Positions 19,724 through 28,269 of a DNA stretch of 64,000 bases are shown piece after piece. Within the stretch, counting starts at the first letter, position 1. Every line of letters begins with the position of its first letter. The DNA is from a virus. The notes beneath the pieces are model-generated. The model ran no database searches. It was not told the DNA's origin and was given only the letters and a program-made list of their open reading frames with translations. The stretch covers positions 32,925 to 96,924 of IMG/VR virus record IMGVR_UViG_3300035492_000062. One strand, given 5' to 3'. A program made the position numbers and the translations under genes.

Positions 19724-20228
19724 CCTTTTTATTGGCGATCTTCATATTGGTCATAGAGGTGTGTCTGAGAAATTCAGAACGCAATTTTCGTCTGATGAAG
19801 AACATGATGAAATTATTTTAGATAATGTTGCGTCTTCTCTGAGAAAAAGAGATACACTCTGGCTACTTGGTGATATTTGCTTCAAGGTAGAGAAGTTTAA
19901 ACTGTTTGACAAAATCTTCAAAAGCTGTCAAACTACAAACATTATACTAGGGAACCATTGTCATCAGGCTTTTCCTAGATTTTGTTTGGATAACTACACA
20001 TCCGTTAATGTTTTTGGTTTACAGAAGAAATTTGGTTGTTGGATAACTCACGCACCAATTCACGAAGATGAGTTATATAGGGCGCATTGTGTATACGGTC
20101 ACACACATAACAAAGTGATTGACAACCCAAGATATCTTTGTGTATCATGTGAACAAGTTGATTTTAAACCTGTGACATTAGAGTTCATACGAGAGACGTT
20201 TACATCTCGTGGTGTGCCACTAAAATAG
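19704..20228 (+). CDS. Calcineurin-like metallophosphoesterase
   Basis: GDLHIGH, LGD, GNH, THAP, GHTH. Confidence 0.85.
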   Translation: MLVMTRNLFIGDLHIGHRGVSEKFRTQFSSDEEHDEIILDNVASSLRKRDTLWLLGDICFKVEKFKLFDKIFKSCQTTNIILGNHCHQAFPRFCLDNYTSVNVFGLQKKFGCWITHAPIHEDELYRAHCVYGHTHNKVIDNPRYLCVSCEQVDFKPVTLEFIRETFTSRGVPLK

Positions 20229-20237
20229 AGGGATATT

Positions 20238-20450
20238 ATGATTTTTCAGAAACTTACCTTAGATGAAGCGGATATGATCTTTCGTGCTGCTAAAAGGAAT
20301 TCGTCACTTCATAGTCTGCGTCTAGGTCAAGCATTGATGAATGAAATGCCAAAGGACATTTATGAGGCGGTAACTGGTACTGAGTTAGATATGTTTCATT
20401 TTTCGGATGATGAGGTTGCAGAACAGTTCTTCTGGAATAAATTTATTTAA
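20238..20450 (+). CDS. Hypothetical protein
   Basis: LRLGQALMN motif; GAGG RBS. Confidence 0.6.
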   Translation: MIFQKLTLDEADMIFRAAKRNSSLHSLRLGQALMNEMPKDIYEAVTGTELDMFHFSDDEVAEQFFWNKFI

Positions 20451-20459
20451 GGAGGACTG

Positions 20460-21005
20460 TTGATGAAACATCTTCTCATTGGTGCTGTTCTAAGTCTATC
20501 TTCTTTCTTCTCTCATGGAGTAGTATCGTGTGAAAGGTGGGATAACCTAGACCTAGAACAGAAAGCAAATCTTCATGTTGCTTATTTTCTTGGTAGTGAA
20601 CATGATTTAGGGTGGACATTATCTGCCATAGCTTTGGCTGAGTCGAACGCTGGTAAATGGAGACTGAACTACCAATCAAATGATTTTGGTTTGTTTCAGA
20701 TAAACATGGCTACAGCAAGTAGCATTCTTTCAATCACAAATCGTTATAAATTGTTTGAATTGGCTGAAAGATTGCTGTATGATGATGTTCTTGGTGCTGA
20801 TTTGGCGATAGATGTACTAGAACACTTCCGCAGAGGAAGAATTTTAACAAACAGTGTTTACAAAGAAATGATAATGAGCTACAATCGTGGTTATAGATGG
20901 AAACACGATAAAGCAGAGAGAAAGAATGCAGAAGCGTATTATCATCGTGTGCAAACAAACGTCAGAATGTTGAAGAAATGTTCAGACATTAACAATCAAA
21001 GTTAA
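20460..21005 (+). CDS. SLT-family lytic transglycosylase with signal peptide (T4 Vs.1-like)
   Basis: AIALAES, DFGLFQIN, SYNRG; hydrophobic N-terminus. Confidence 0.7.
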   Translation: MMKHLLIGAVLSLSSFFSHGVVSCERWDNLDLEQKANLHVAYFLGSEHDLGWTLSAIALAESNAGKWRLNYQSNDFGLFQINMATASSILSITNRYKLFELAERLLYDDVLGADLAIDVLEHFRRGRILTNSVYKEMIMSYNRGYRWKHDKAERKNAEAYYHRVQTNVRMLKKCSDINNQS

Positions 21006-21019
21006 AAGGGGAATAAACC

Positions 21020-21646
21020 ATGGCTACAAAAATGACATTGACTCGTGCACTTGCTAAACTGAAAACCTTAGATGCACGTATCGCTTCTGCGGAAGTAGGT
21101 AAACTGTTTGCATACAAAATTGGTGCTCGATTGGCTAATACCAATCTATCTGAGCAAGATTTTTCAAAAACAGTCCAATCAACTTGGGATGAGGTTAATG
21201 ACTTGGTTCAGCAACGAGTCAAGATCAAATCTGCTATCATGAAGGCAAACTCAGAGACTTATCTGACTGTTAATGGTGAATCTATGACTATTGCTGATGC
21301 AGTTGCTCGTAAAGAGTTCTCGACAGTCCATCGTACACTGTTGACTAAGACGATTACAACTCACAATACAATGCTACGAGATGTCACCAAACACAACCAA
21401 GGCGTTTCTGAGCGTCTTGATAAGATGTTGGAGTCTTTGGTTGGTAAAGATAAGAAAATGGCTGAGGGTGAGTTTGAGGCTGTTTCTAAGCCATTCTTAG
21501 CTCAAAATGAGGCTACCTTGTTAGATCCTCATGCAGTGTACAAGAAAGCTGGAACACAGCTAGAAGAGTTAGAGAAGTTTTTGGCTGAAGTTGATTTCTG
21601 CTTGTCGGAGGTTAATGCTAAAACTGAGATTGAAGTTGCCATTTAA
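21020..21646 (+). CDS. Alpha-helical/coiled-coil conserved phage protein upstream of the ncRNA candidate
   Basis: MTLTRALAKLKTLDARI...IKSAIMKANSET...MTIADAVARK...VDFCLSEVNAKTEI. Confidence 0.75.
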   Translation: MATKMTLTRALAKLKTLDARIASAEVGKLFAYKIGARLANTNLSEQDFSKTVQSTWDEVNDLVQQRVKIKSAIMKANSETYLTVNGESMTIADAVARKEFSTVHRTLLTKTITTHNTMLRDVTKHNQGVSERLDKMLESLVGKDKKMAEGEFEAVSKPFLAQNEATLLDPHAVYKKAGTQLEELEKFLAEVDFCLSEVNAKTEIEVAI

Positions 21647-21651
21647 TCTCA

Positions 21652-21659
21652 GGTAAATA
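21652..21659 (+). promoter_or_regulatory. Late-type promoter (NNTAAATA) directly before the ncRNA candidate
   Basis: GGTAAATA ending 3 nt before the 5' arm of the closing stem. Confidence 0.45.
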
Positions 21660-21662
21660 AAT

Positions 21663-21968
21663 TTGCAATTGTTTTGGTGAATTTCCTAAACAACTGAGCG
21701 TTAAGGGGAAGCTGCTCTTGAAGAAACCCCAAACCAACTATTTAATGGTATTTAAATAAAGATAGTGGTGTCAGTGAGTGTATCTCACGACATCACCCAA
21801 CTCTTAAAGTTTAAATTTTAACCATGAAAGTTGATAAGTTCAAATCTGAAACATTAACCTTTAAAACGGCAAAATGGTAAAGATGAAAACTCATAAAATC
21901 CGGTGGTTATGCAAATGAGGTGTAGGTTATGACCTTGGAAGGCTATCCGGCAACCAAACTGATTGCAA
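21663..21968 (+). ncRNA. Candidate structured non-coding RNA (~305 nt)
   Basis: No ORF; 21663-21678 TTGCAATTGTTTTGGT pairs with 21953-21968 ACCAAACTGATTGCAA; internal hairpins; A-rich quasi-periodic tract; terminator follows. Confidence 0.65.
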
Positions 21969-21979
21969 CCTTTTCAAAT

Positions 21980-22009
21980 CAAAAGCCTGAGAAATATCTC
22001 AGGCTTTTG
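21980..22009 (+). terminator. Rho-independent terminator
   Basis: CAAAAGCCTGAGA-aata-TCTCAGGCTTTTG, 13-bp perfect stem. Confidence 0.85.
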
Positions 22010-22060
22010 TCTATCTAAACAGTCAAAAATTAATTTCTTCATAAAATCTGCATTCTATAC

Positions 22061-22089
22061 TAGACACAAGTCGGAATTTCGTGTACTAT
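22061..22089 (+). promoter_or_regulatory. sigma70-like promoter
   Basis: TAGACA-17 nt-TACTAT. Confidence 0.6.
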
Positions 22090-22124
22090 GTTATTAAAGA
22101 AACGAAAGATAACATGGAGATAAA

Positions 22125-22625
22125 ATGTCATACATTGTCGGGCAAACATATAATGTAGTTGATGGTAAGAAACCAGATGATCTTGGTGATTTGGATTACA
22201 TCTGTGCTGTTACTCAAGGAAAATATCATACTGTATCTTATCCAGAGGTGGCAACTTCTATTGCGTTTAACTGGGAAGATATGGATGCATTTTTGTATAA
22301 GGGACGGCTTGAGTTGTTTAAACCGCATCCAGTGGATAGAACAGTCGTATTCACTCCAGATAGTTTAGAAAAACGTCAAGTGGTGACTGCTGCAAATAAC
22401 TACAATGGTGTGATTGTGTTGGGAGTTCGTCATTTCTGTCCATTGATGCGCTATACACTGCATAGATTCGGGATCAAAGGAAGTAGTCCACATGAACAGG
22501 GCTTTGTTGACCAGTGGGGCAACTTCATGGATCGGAAAGAAGCACTCGTGGTTTTAAAAACAAATGGTAAGTTCATTCGTGATGATGATTACCTAGATGA
22601 ACTTTACTCAGAAAACTTACATTAA
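22125..22625 (+). CDS. Conserved hypothetical phage protein
   Basis: GVRHFCPLM...EQGFVDQWGNFMDRKEA...LYSENL. Confidence 0.7.
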   Translation: MSYIVGQTYNVVDGKKPDDLGDLDYICAVTQGKYHTVSYPEVATSIAFNWEDMDAFLYKGRLELFKPHPVDRTVVFTPDSLEKRQVVTAANNYNGVIVLGVRHFCPLMRYTLHRFGIKGSSPHEQGFVDQWGNFMDRKEALVVLKTNGKFIRDDDYLDELYSENLH

Positions 22626-22637
22626 GGGGAAGCGTTT

Positions 22638-23015
22638 ATGCAAAACGAAATTTTACAACTGAAAGGTAATGAGATTTTAATGTACGACTCAATGAAGAAG
22701 AGCAAAGTCGTTGCTTATCTTCTGGGTGCATTATTTGGAGGTTTAGGCATTCACCGCCTATATCTAAAAGAGTACGTTGGGTTCTGGTGTTACTTGACAT
22801 GCACATTAGCCAGTTTTATTGTGTCTCCATTGGTTGTGGTGTTAGTGTTCTTCCTTTTGGTTGATGTCATTTATACTTGGATTCTATGTGACCAGTACAA
22901 CAAAGATGTCATTAAGAAAATCGTACATTCTCGTACTCCAGAGAAATCTGAGCGCGAGGTGGTACATGTTCACCACTACAATGATTCTACAGTCACACAA
23001 CAAGAAGAGAAATAA
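22638..23015 (+). CDS. TM2-domain membrane protein
   Basis: KKSKVVAYLLGALFGGLGIHRLYL. Confidence 0.8.
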   Translation: MQNEILQLKGNEILMYDSMKKSKVVAYLLGALFGGLGIHRLYLKEYVGFWCYLTCTLASFIVSPLVVVLVFFLLVDVIYTWILCDQYNKDVIKKIVHSRTPEKSEREVVHVHHYNDSTVTQQEEK

Positions 23016-23016
23016 G

Positions 23017-23370
23017 ATGATTGGGCATCTGCTAGTAAATTGTTTCAAAGTTTTTGGTGTGTTCTTTATTGCACACTACTTTGAGATTTATTGGTTGTTC
23101 TGGATATTTTTGTTACTGATGGTGTTTAATTTGCACAAACAACTTGAGCTGGCAAAGAATAATAAGATACCAACAGATTATCTGATAAAAATCGACTTTA
23201 CTGGCTCTAACTATGCAATACTGGTTGGTAGTGTCTTGACTACATTGGTGATTGTGCAGTATGATGTAGTGAGTGCAGTGTGGGTGTTTTTGGCACACAT
23301 GGCATCATCTGTCTCGTTGGTTGAACTTAGAGAAGTGACTAAGAGAAGAATCAAGAGAGGTCAGAAGTGA
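23017..23370 (+). CDS. Membrane protein
   Basis: Multiple hydrophobic segments, starts MIGHLL. Confidence 0.55.
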   Translation: MIGHLLVNCFKVFGVFFIAHYFEIYWLFWIFLLLMVFNLHKQLELAKNNKIPTDYLIKIDFTGSNYAILVGSVLTTLVIVQYDVVSAVWVFLAHMASSVSLVELREVTKRRIKRGQK

Positions 23371-23397
23371 AACATAGTATGAATTTGGAGAAAGTAA

Positions 23398-23814
23398 ATG
23401 ATTAAGTTATTGCTCAATGGTGAAGTAATTGATGTGAAGTGGTACAAATTTAGTGATGGTGCTATTACTTGTAAAGTTCCTCAATTCAAAGATCCTGTGT
23501 TTCAAACTGGTGTGGTGGTGGGTGCTGATGTTTCTACTCCCGACACTCGCAATATAGACACATTGCGCAGACAAGCTGAGCGTTTAGTAAAACGTGCATC
23601 TAGTGAACCAGATTACGTAAAATTCGTTGCACAGAATATGGTTCGCATTGCGGATGAGTTTGCAGAAACTCTGAACCGCCTGCAAAATAAATCATCAGCA
23701 TTAGAGGATGAACTTATAGAACTACGCCAAGCAGTTAAAGATTGTCGTCTTTCGGCTGTAGACGAAAAATTCAAAAGACTATTACAGTTGACTGATGAGG
23801 CGAACGATGTCTAA
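23398..23814 (+). CDS. Hypothetical, possibly chimeric protein (Prs-like N-terminus)
   Basis: IKLLLNGEVIDVKWYKFSDGAITCKV followed by an unrelated coiled-coil region. Confidence 0.55.
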   Translation: MIKLLLNGEVIDVKWYKFSDGAITCKVPQFKDPVFQTGVVVGADVSTPDTRNIDTLRRQAERLVKRASSEPDYVKFVAQNMVRIADEFAETLNRLQNKSSALEDELIELRQAVKDCRLSAVDEKFKRLLQLTDEANDV

Positions 23815-24199
23815 TAATAACGGATTCAACGTCTACTTAGGTAAAGACAAAAACGGTAAAGTTGTCTATGTTGGCACAACAATTCAAAAACCTTCAGATC
23901 GATGGCGGTGGCATAAACACAACGGTAAAGATCTAGACTTCTGTATGTTTAGAGTATGCGAGTCTACTGAAGAAATGCTTGCATTAGAAAAGCGTTTAAT
24001 TGATGAGTTCAAACCAAAATTAAACAAGATTGCTCATCGGAAACAAAACCTTAATGTAAAACTATCAGAAGCAGTTCTGTTTGCACGTAAAGGTGATTCA
24101 GAGTGGTGTCAGTGTTGTTTAAAACGTAGAGTGAATAAGGGCTACTCTATGTGTCTTAGTTGTGAACGTGAAACTAGAACTAATTTTCGAGGTATGTGA
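23807..24199 (+). CDS. Small GIY-YIG nuclease with C-terminal Cys cluster
   Basis: VYLG...VVYVGTT...RWRWH...LEKRLI...PKLN; CQCC...CLSC. Confidence 0.7.
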   Translation: MSNNNGFNVYLGKDKNGKVVYVGTTIQKPSDRWRWHKHNGKDLDFCMFRVCESTEEMLALEKRLIDEFKPKLNKIAHRKQNLNVKLSEAVLFARKGDSEWCQCCLKRRVNKGYSMCLSCERETRTNFRGM

Positions 24200-24456
24200 T
24201 GACCGCTGGTTATTTTGAAATTATTTTAATGTGGTATGTAATACTCAGTGTGGTTGTAGGATTTATGGTTTCTATATTTGCAGGCGTTAAAGAGATACAA
24301 GCAGGCAGAAAATATGAGAATGAGATTTATGCTGCTCTAACATCCTTTGTCTGGGGTCCAATGCTTGGGCTTGCTGCATTGGGTGTAATTGTATGTGCTC
24401 CGTTTTATCTGTTGATTTGTGGGTTAATGAAAGGCTTAGCCAAGGTATTGGGGTGA
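24196..24456 (+). CDS. Membrane protein
   Basis: Hydrophobic ORF with overlapping start/stop. Confidence 0.55.
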   Translation: MMTAGYFEIILMWYVILSVVVGFMVSIFAGVKEIQAGRKYENEIYAALTSFVWGPMLGLAALGVIVCAPFYLLICGLMKGLAKVLG

Positions 24457-24459
24457 TTT

Positions 24460-24690
24460 ATGGGAATTAAAGTTATAACAAAGGCAGTCATTGATGGTAA
24501 GCCATGTAGTAAAGTATTTCAAAAAGGTGATTTATCTGTATATCAAGTGGACATCAATGATTGTAGTGAAGGTCGAAGGTTACTGTACTTTGCTAAAGGC
24601 GAAAATGTCCTTTTCAAGCAAGATATAAGTGCCGGTTGCGGTCAGAATGTCGGTTATATCTCTGGTATCCTGTTTCAAGGAGTTGACTAG
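24460..24690 (+). CDS. Hypothetical protein
   Basis: ORF in a packed + strand array. Confidence 0.5.
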   Translation: MGIKVITKAVIDGKPCSKVFQKGDLSVYQVDINDCSEGRRLLYFAKGENVLFKQDISAGCGQNVGYISGILFQGVD

Positions 24691-24693
24691 AAA

Positions 24694-24801
24694 GTGACAA
24701 TACCTACACTGGATCTTCTTTTAAAACTGATCTTGATTAGTGGTAGTATAGCGCTTATGCTGTGTTATATCTTTATTAAAATTTTTGAATGGATGGAATA
24801 A
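24694..24801 (+). CDS. Small membrane peptide (35 aa, not in the ORF track)
   Basis: GTG start; MTIPTLDLLLKLILISGSIALMLCYIFIKIFEWME*; TAATG coupling to the next gene. Confidence 0.45.
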   Translation: MTIPTLDLLLKLILISGSIALMLCYIFIKIFEWME

Positions 24802-25196
24802 TGAAAACAGAAGCTGAATTACTTCAAGAGTACATTGACACGTATGCTACGACCAAGACGGGGACAGAACCAACATTCGATGAGTGGTTAAAGGTATTGC
24901 ATCCATATTTATATGTGATTAGACATAAAGACAATCTTGCTGTTGACGTATTTACTAAACAGATGAAAAAGAAACTAACAAATGCTCGTGATAAAGGTTG
25001 GGGAGGTTGGGAAGATCATTATCGTTGTTCTGGTGTTGAGTTAGCACAAATGCTCATCAATCAAATCCATAAAGCCAATGACGGTTGCTTTGTGGATATT
25101 GCTAACTTTGCTATGATGCTCCATATGCGAGGGGAGCATGAGACTGTTCTGATAGATGCGCTAAACTCTAAAGAAGGCTCGGATAATGGACGTTAG
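24801..25196 (+). CDS. Conserved hypothetical phage protein
   Basis: MKKKLTNARDKGWGGWED...VDIANFAMML. Confidence 0.7.
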   Translation: MKTEAELLQEYIDTYATTKTGTEPTFDEWLKVLHPYLYVIRHKDNLAVDVFTKQMKKKLTNARDKGWGGWEDHYRCSGVELAQMLINQIHKANDGCFVDIANFAMMLHMRGEHETVLIDALNSKEGSDNGR

Positions 25197-25398
25197 TAAA
25201 TTTCTAGAAATTGTCAAACTTAAGCGGTTTGACAATGCGCCTAAAGAAGCCGTATACTATGCAAACGGGCTGTTCTACAATAAAACTTTCATGTGGTACT
25301 ATGAAACCCACAGTTATCGAGCTTGGGTTCAAAGCGGTTATAGATCAGTATCACAATTAAAACATTTTCCAGACTTTCAGGAGCGTGAAATAAAATGA
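25186..25398 (+). CDS. Hypothetical protein
   Basis: Packed ORF. Confidence 0.55.
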   Translation: MDVSKFLEIVKLKRFDNAPKEAVYYANGLFYNKTFMWYYETHSYRAWVQSGYRSVSQLKHFPDFQEREIK

Positions 25399-25607
25399 AA
25401 AAGTTCTTAGTTAAAATTTCTTACACTACCGATGGGTCTTACGGCGACTACGACAAGAAAGTAGAAGAAGATGTCGTTGCTTTCGATGAAGACGACTTAG
25501 AGAATATACACACTATCCGTCAACGAATTGAAGGTTGGTTTAACTGCTCACCTCGTTTTTCTATTGATAACTTCTTTTATTTAGGTGAAGATAATGGGCA
25601 AAATTAA
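25395..25607 (+). CDS. Hypothetical protein
   Basis: Packed ORF, ATGA overlap. Confidence 0.55.
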   Translation: MKKFLVKISYTTDGSYGDYDKKVEEDVVAFDEDDLENIHTIRQRIEGWFNCSPRFSIDNFFYLGEDNGQN

Positions 25608-25956
25608 ACTACCTGACCTTAGTCCTTATGAAATTGAGGGTATGATTAAGTACGGCATCAACACTGATTCTCCTAGTATAACAGCCCACTGTTTCAGGTT
25701 GGGGTATCTCCATGCAAAACAGGAGCCAAACGACACTAAACAAGCGTTACTAGACGCTGGTACTGAAATCGCCATACTCAAAGATAGGATGCGCCGCCTA
25801 AAGAAAGAAGTTAGAAACGCAGTTGACAGCGTGGAGGAAAAAGAGTATTGGAATTGTGGTATGGGATTTAGTGTCTATAGCGAATTAAAACATCCATCGA
25901 CAATTAAAGCCGAAATTCTAAAGAAATTAGAGGAGCTGTTAGATGAAACCAAGTGA
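25585..25956 (+). CDS. Hypothetical protein
   Basis: Packed ORF. Confidence 0.55.
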   Translation: MKIMGKIKLPDLSPYEIEGMIKYGINTDSPSITAHCFRLGYLHAKQEPNDTKQALLDAGTEIAILKDRMRRLKKEVRNAVDSVEEKEYWNCGMGFSVYSELKHPSTIKAEILKKLEELLDETK

Positions 25957-26353
25957 AGCGTTACGTCAAATTAGACGAAAAAAGTTTAAATCTTTGAATC
26001 CGTTTATGCATGGAATATGCAAATTGTATGCAGTTATAAAAGGTTATTACTTAAGTTCTGATATGAGAGACGCTGGTATTTCTTTTAAAGATTGGCCGGA
26101 ATTTGGTTTACTCGGAAATACGGGAATTGTACCCAATACACACTGACACAAAATTCATAGACGGGGAATATGAATATTATAATAACTCCCCATACAAATG
26201 GTCACGTTTCACAAAACATGGCAGAGCAAGACGAAGATTGCTGGATTTCTGGCAGGACTAGAAGCCGGACAGAGAGAAAATTTACCTACAATTCCACAAC
26301 AACCAAAAACTCATAGAGATTGTAATTTTATTGGAGACCCTAAAAATGAATAA
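25943..26353 (+). pseudogene. Hypothetical phage gene apparently broken by two compensating frameshifts
   Basis: MKPSEAL...GIC...WPEF, then +1 frame ELYPIHTD...KWSRFTKHGRARRRLLDF, then back to the first frame LAGLEAGQ...PKNE* overlapping the next ATG (26346). Confidence 0.45.
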
Positions 26354-26594
26354 ACTTGAGCTTGGTGATATTTGGGCAGACAAGGATTGCATGGTCTCAA
26401 TTTTAGGTATGAGCAGTATAATTGAAGAGCCTATTGTCTATGTCATCTATCTGATTAGCGGTGGTTTGATGGAGTGGCCTTTAGAATACTTCAATGATAT
26501 GGGGCTTGTCTTTAGACGAAATTTTGTAAACAAACTAGACACTCATTTCAGACTCGTATACAATGAATATGTACCGCAAGAGTGGGGTCTATAG
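26346..26594 (+). CDS. Hypothetical protein
   Basis: MNKLELGDIW... Confidence 0.55.
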   Translation: MNKLELGDIWADKDCMVSILGMSSIIEEPIVYVIYLISGGLMEWPLEYFNDMGLVFRRNFVNKLDTHFRLVYNEYVPQEWGL

Positions 26595-26629
26595 GAGAAC
26601 ATAATCATGAACCGAAGGAGAAGACGTAA

Positions 26630-26830
26630 ATGTCTAACGAATTGACTTGTCCTAATTGTAAATCAGATAAATTGTTAGTATACTCTGATACTGCATCATG
26701 GATTAATACTGACGAGCATTTCTGTCACTCTATCAAGACACATGATGATTGTGCTAAAGTCTCTTGTTTTGATTGTGGATGGGAAGGAACACGTAAAGAT
26801 GTAATAACTCATTACGAGAGGAATCGTTAA
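26630..26830 (+). CDS. Zinc-ribbon protein
   Basis: CPNC...CFDC; GGAG RBS. Confidence 0.6.
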   Translation: MSNELTCPNCKSDKLLVYSDTASWINTDEHFCHSIKTHDDCAKVSCFDCGWEGTRKDVITHYERNR

Positions 26831-26831
26831 T

Positions 26832-27152
26832 ATGGGACTATATGTTATCGTATACAAGGATAAAGATGCTTCTCAACTTGTCCTAACAAATGAACAAACT
26901 AAAACCGCTTGTATATTTTCTGAGTACGCAAAAGCAGCTAGTATTATTTCAGAAGTGTCGGAACGATTAAAGTTTCTTTTGGATGGTGAACCAAAGACAT
27001 ACTCAAGTTTTCTATATTGGGCTAAACCCTATAGAAAAACTGTTAGAGACCAAGACAAAGAAAACTGGGAAAGAATACTAAGCACACTAGAGATTAAGAA
27101 AATATCTGAACTTAGTTTCGCAGACGGTACAGCAATAAACAAGGAAAAATGA
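26832..27152 (+). CDS. Hypothetical protein
   Basis: Packed ORF. Confidence 0.55.
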   Translation: MGLYVIVYKDKDASQLVLTNEQTKTACIFSEYAKAASIISEVSERLKFLLDGEPKTYSSFLYWAKPYRKTVRDQDKENWERILSTLEIKKISELSFADGTAINKEK

Positions 27153-27341
27153 ATGCCATCATATAACGTAAAATGTCAAAACGAATCTTGTAAGAACAGT
27201 GAACAAGTATTTGAAATTAAGAAAAAGATGATGGATGACTATCCTCCATGTCCTGAGTGTGGCTTTACCATCGAGGCTGTATTTCAACCAGTTGGATTTG
27301 TCCTTAAAGGGAGAGGATGGTGTGGAACTACTCGCCGTTAA
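27153..27341 (+). CDS. FmdB-family zinc-ribbon protein
   Basis: MPSYNVKC..C...FEI...CPECG...FVLKGRGW. Confidence 0.75.
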   Translation: MPSYNVKCQNESCKNSEQVFEIKKKMMDDYPPCPECGFTIEAVFQPVGFVLKGRGWCGTTRR

Positions 27342-27652
27342 AAAATAACAGTAACAAACCTCCGTTAAAATGTGTTGTGCGCCTTGAAACGGAGGCATTC
27401 TTCCGAGGGAAGAAGTATTACTACTGCAAGACACTTTCCTACCTCAAGCGAAAATCTACAGCACATGACTATTTGAATGATCAGTTTAAAGAAGAGATGT
27501 ACATAATAGACTACCCAGAATTTATTCCAGAAATTGAAGGTTTGCAAACTTTACCTGATGGTTTGTATGTGTTAGAATGTCATTATCACCCATACGATGA
27601 AACATGTTCATTCAATCTAGAGCCATATAATGACGAGAATCAATCTAGTTGA
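27317..27652 (+). CDS. Hypothetical protein
   Basis: Packed ORF; start uncertain. Confidence 0.5.
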   Translation: MVWNYSPLKNNSNKPPLKCVVRLETEAFFRGKKYYYCKTLSYLKRKSTAHDYLNDQFKEEMYIIDYPEFIPEIEGLQTLPDGLYVLECHYHPYDETCSFNLEPYNDENQSS

Positions 27653-28079
27653 CCCAAAGACTCTCTGTGACCAGCATCTACTGGCAGAACATAGAGAGTT
27701 GACCAGAATTCCAAACACAATCAAATCAGGAAAAGCCAAAGTAGATCCAAAGAAAATCCCATGTTCATATACACTAGGTAAGGGACATGTTACGTTTTTC
27801 TATGACAAGTTGTATTTTCTGTACAATCGCTATGAGAAATTACATAAAGAATGTCTGGTTCGTGGGTTTAATGTAGAGTGGAAATTTCCTGAACTTGATG
27901 AATTGCCAGAGAATTTGCTTGGTGATTATTTTCCATCAGAAATCTCAATCTCAACCAATGTAGAACGAATTTTAGAACGAGCATCAGAGATGAAAGTGAT
28001 TAGACTTTTGAAAGATGAAATCTCTCTTTCGGACTATGATGCTTTATTACATGGGAGACACCACAATGTATTTATATAA
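27630..28079 (+). CDS. denV: Pyrimidine-dimer DNA glycosylase (endonuclease V)
   Basis: MTRINLVDP..LCDQHLLAEHRELTRI...YTLGKGHVTFFYDKL. Confidence 0.92.
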   Translation: MTRINLVDPKTLCDQHLLAEHRELTRIPNTIKSGKAKVDPKKIPCSYTLGKGHVTFFYDKLYFLYNRYEKLHKECLVRGFNVEWKFPELDELPENLLGDYFPSEISISTNVERILERASEMKVIRLLKDEISLSDYDALLHGRHHNVFI

Positions 28080-28269
28080 AGGGTACATCATCTATACTGA
28101 GTCTTTAGGAAACTTCAGAACCTTTAACTTTAATTTCTCTTACCCAACAAAGCTAGAGAAAAATAAGATCGCACGTCATGTTGAGTCTGCATATGGTGTT
28201 GACTTGGGTAATGTTTCAGAGGATAATGTCTTTATTGAAAGTGAAGAAAATATCCCATTTCTGAGGTGA
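28015..28269 (+). CDS. Hypothetical protein
   Basis: Packed ORF; true start probably the internal MYLYKG. Confidence 0.45.
   Translation: MKSLFRTMMLYYMGDTTMYLYKGYIIYTESLGNFRTFNFNFSYPTKLEKNKIARHVESAYGVDLGNVSEDNVFIESEENIPFLR

Noticed and set aside
21663-21968. tRNA, tmRNA or CRISPR array in the long intergenic region
   Set aside because: No cloverleaf/TTC-arm/CCA, no tag ORF, and no identical direct repeats with spacers
21020-22009. Retron/DRT/DGR interpretation of the protein plus ncRNA pair
   Set aside because: No reverse transcriptase motifs (YxDD) in this or any nearby ORF in the window
24683-24710. TTGACT-16-TACACT sigma70-like promoter
   Set aside because: Suboptimal spacing, and it overlaps a plausible small membrane ORF within a tightly coupled operon
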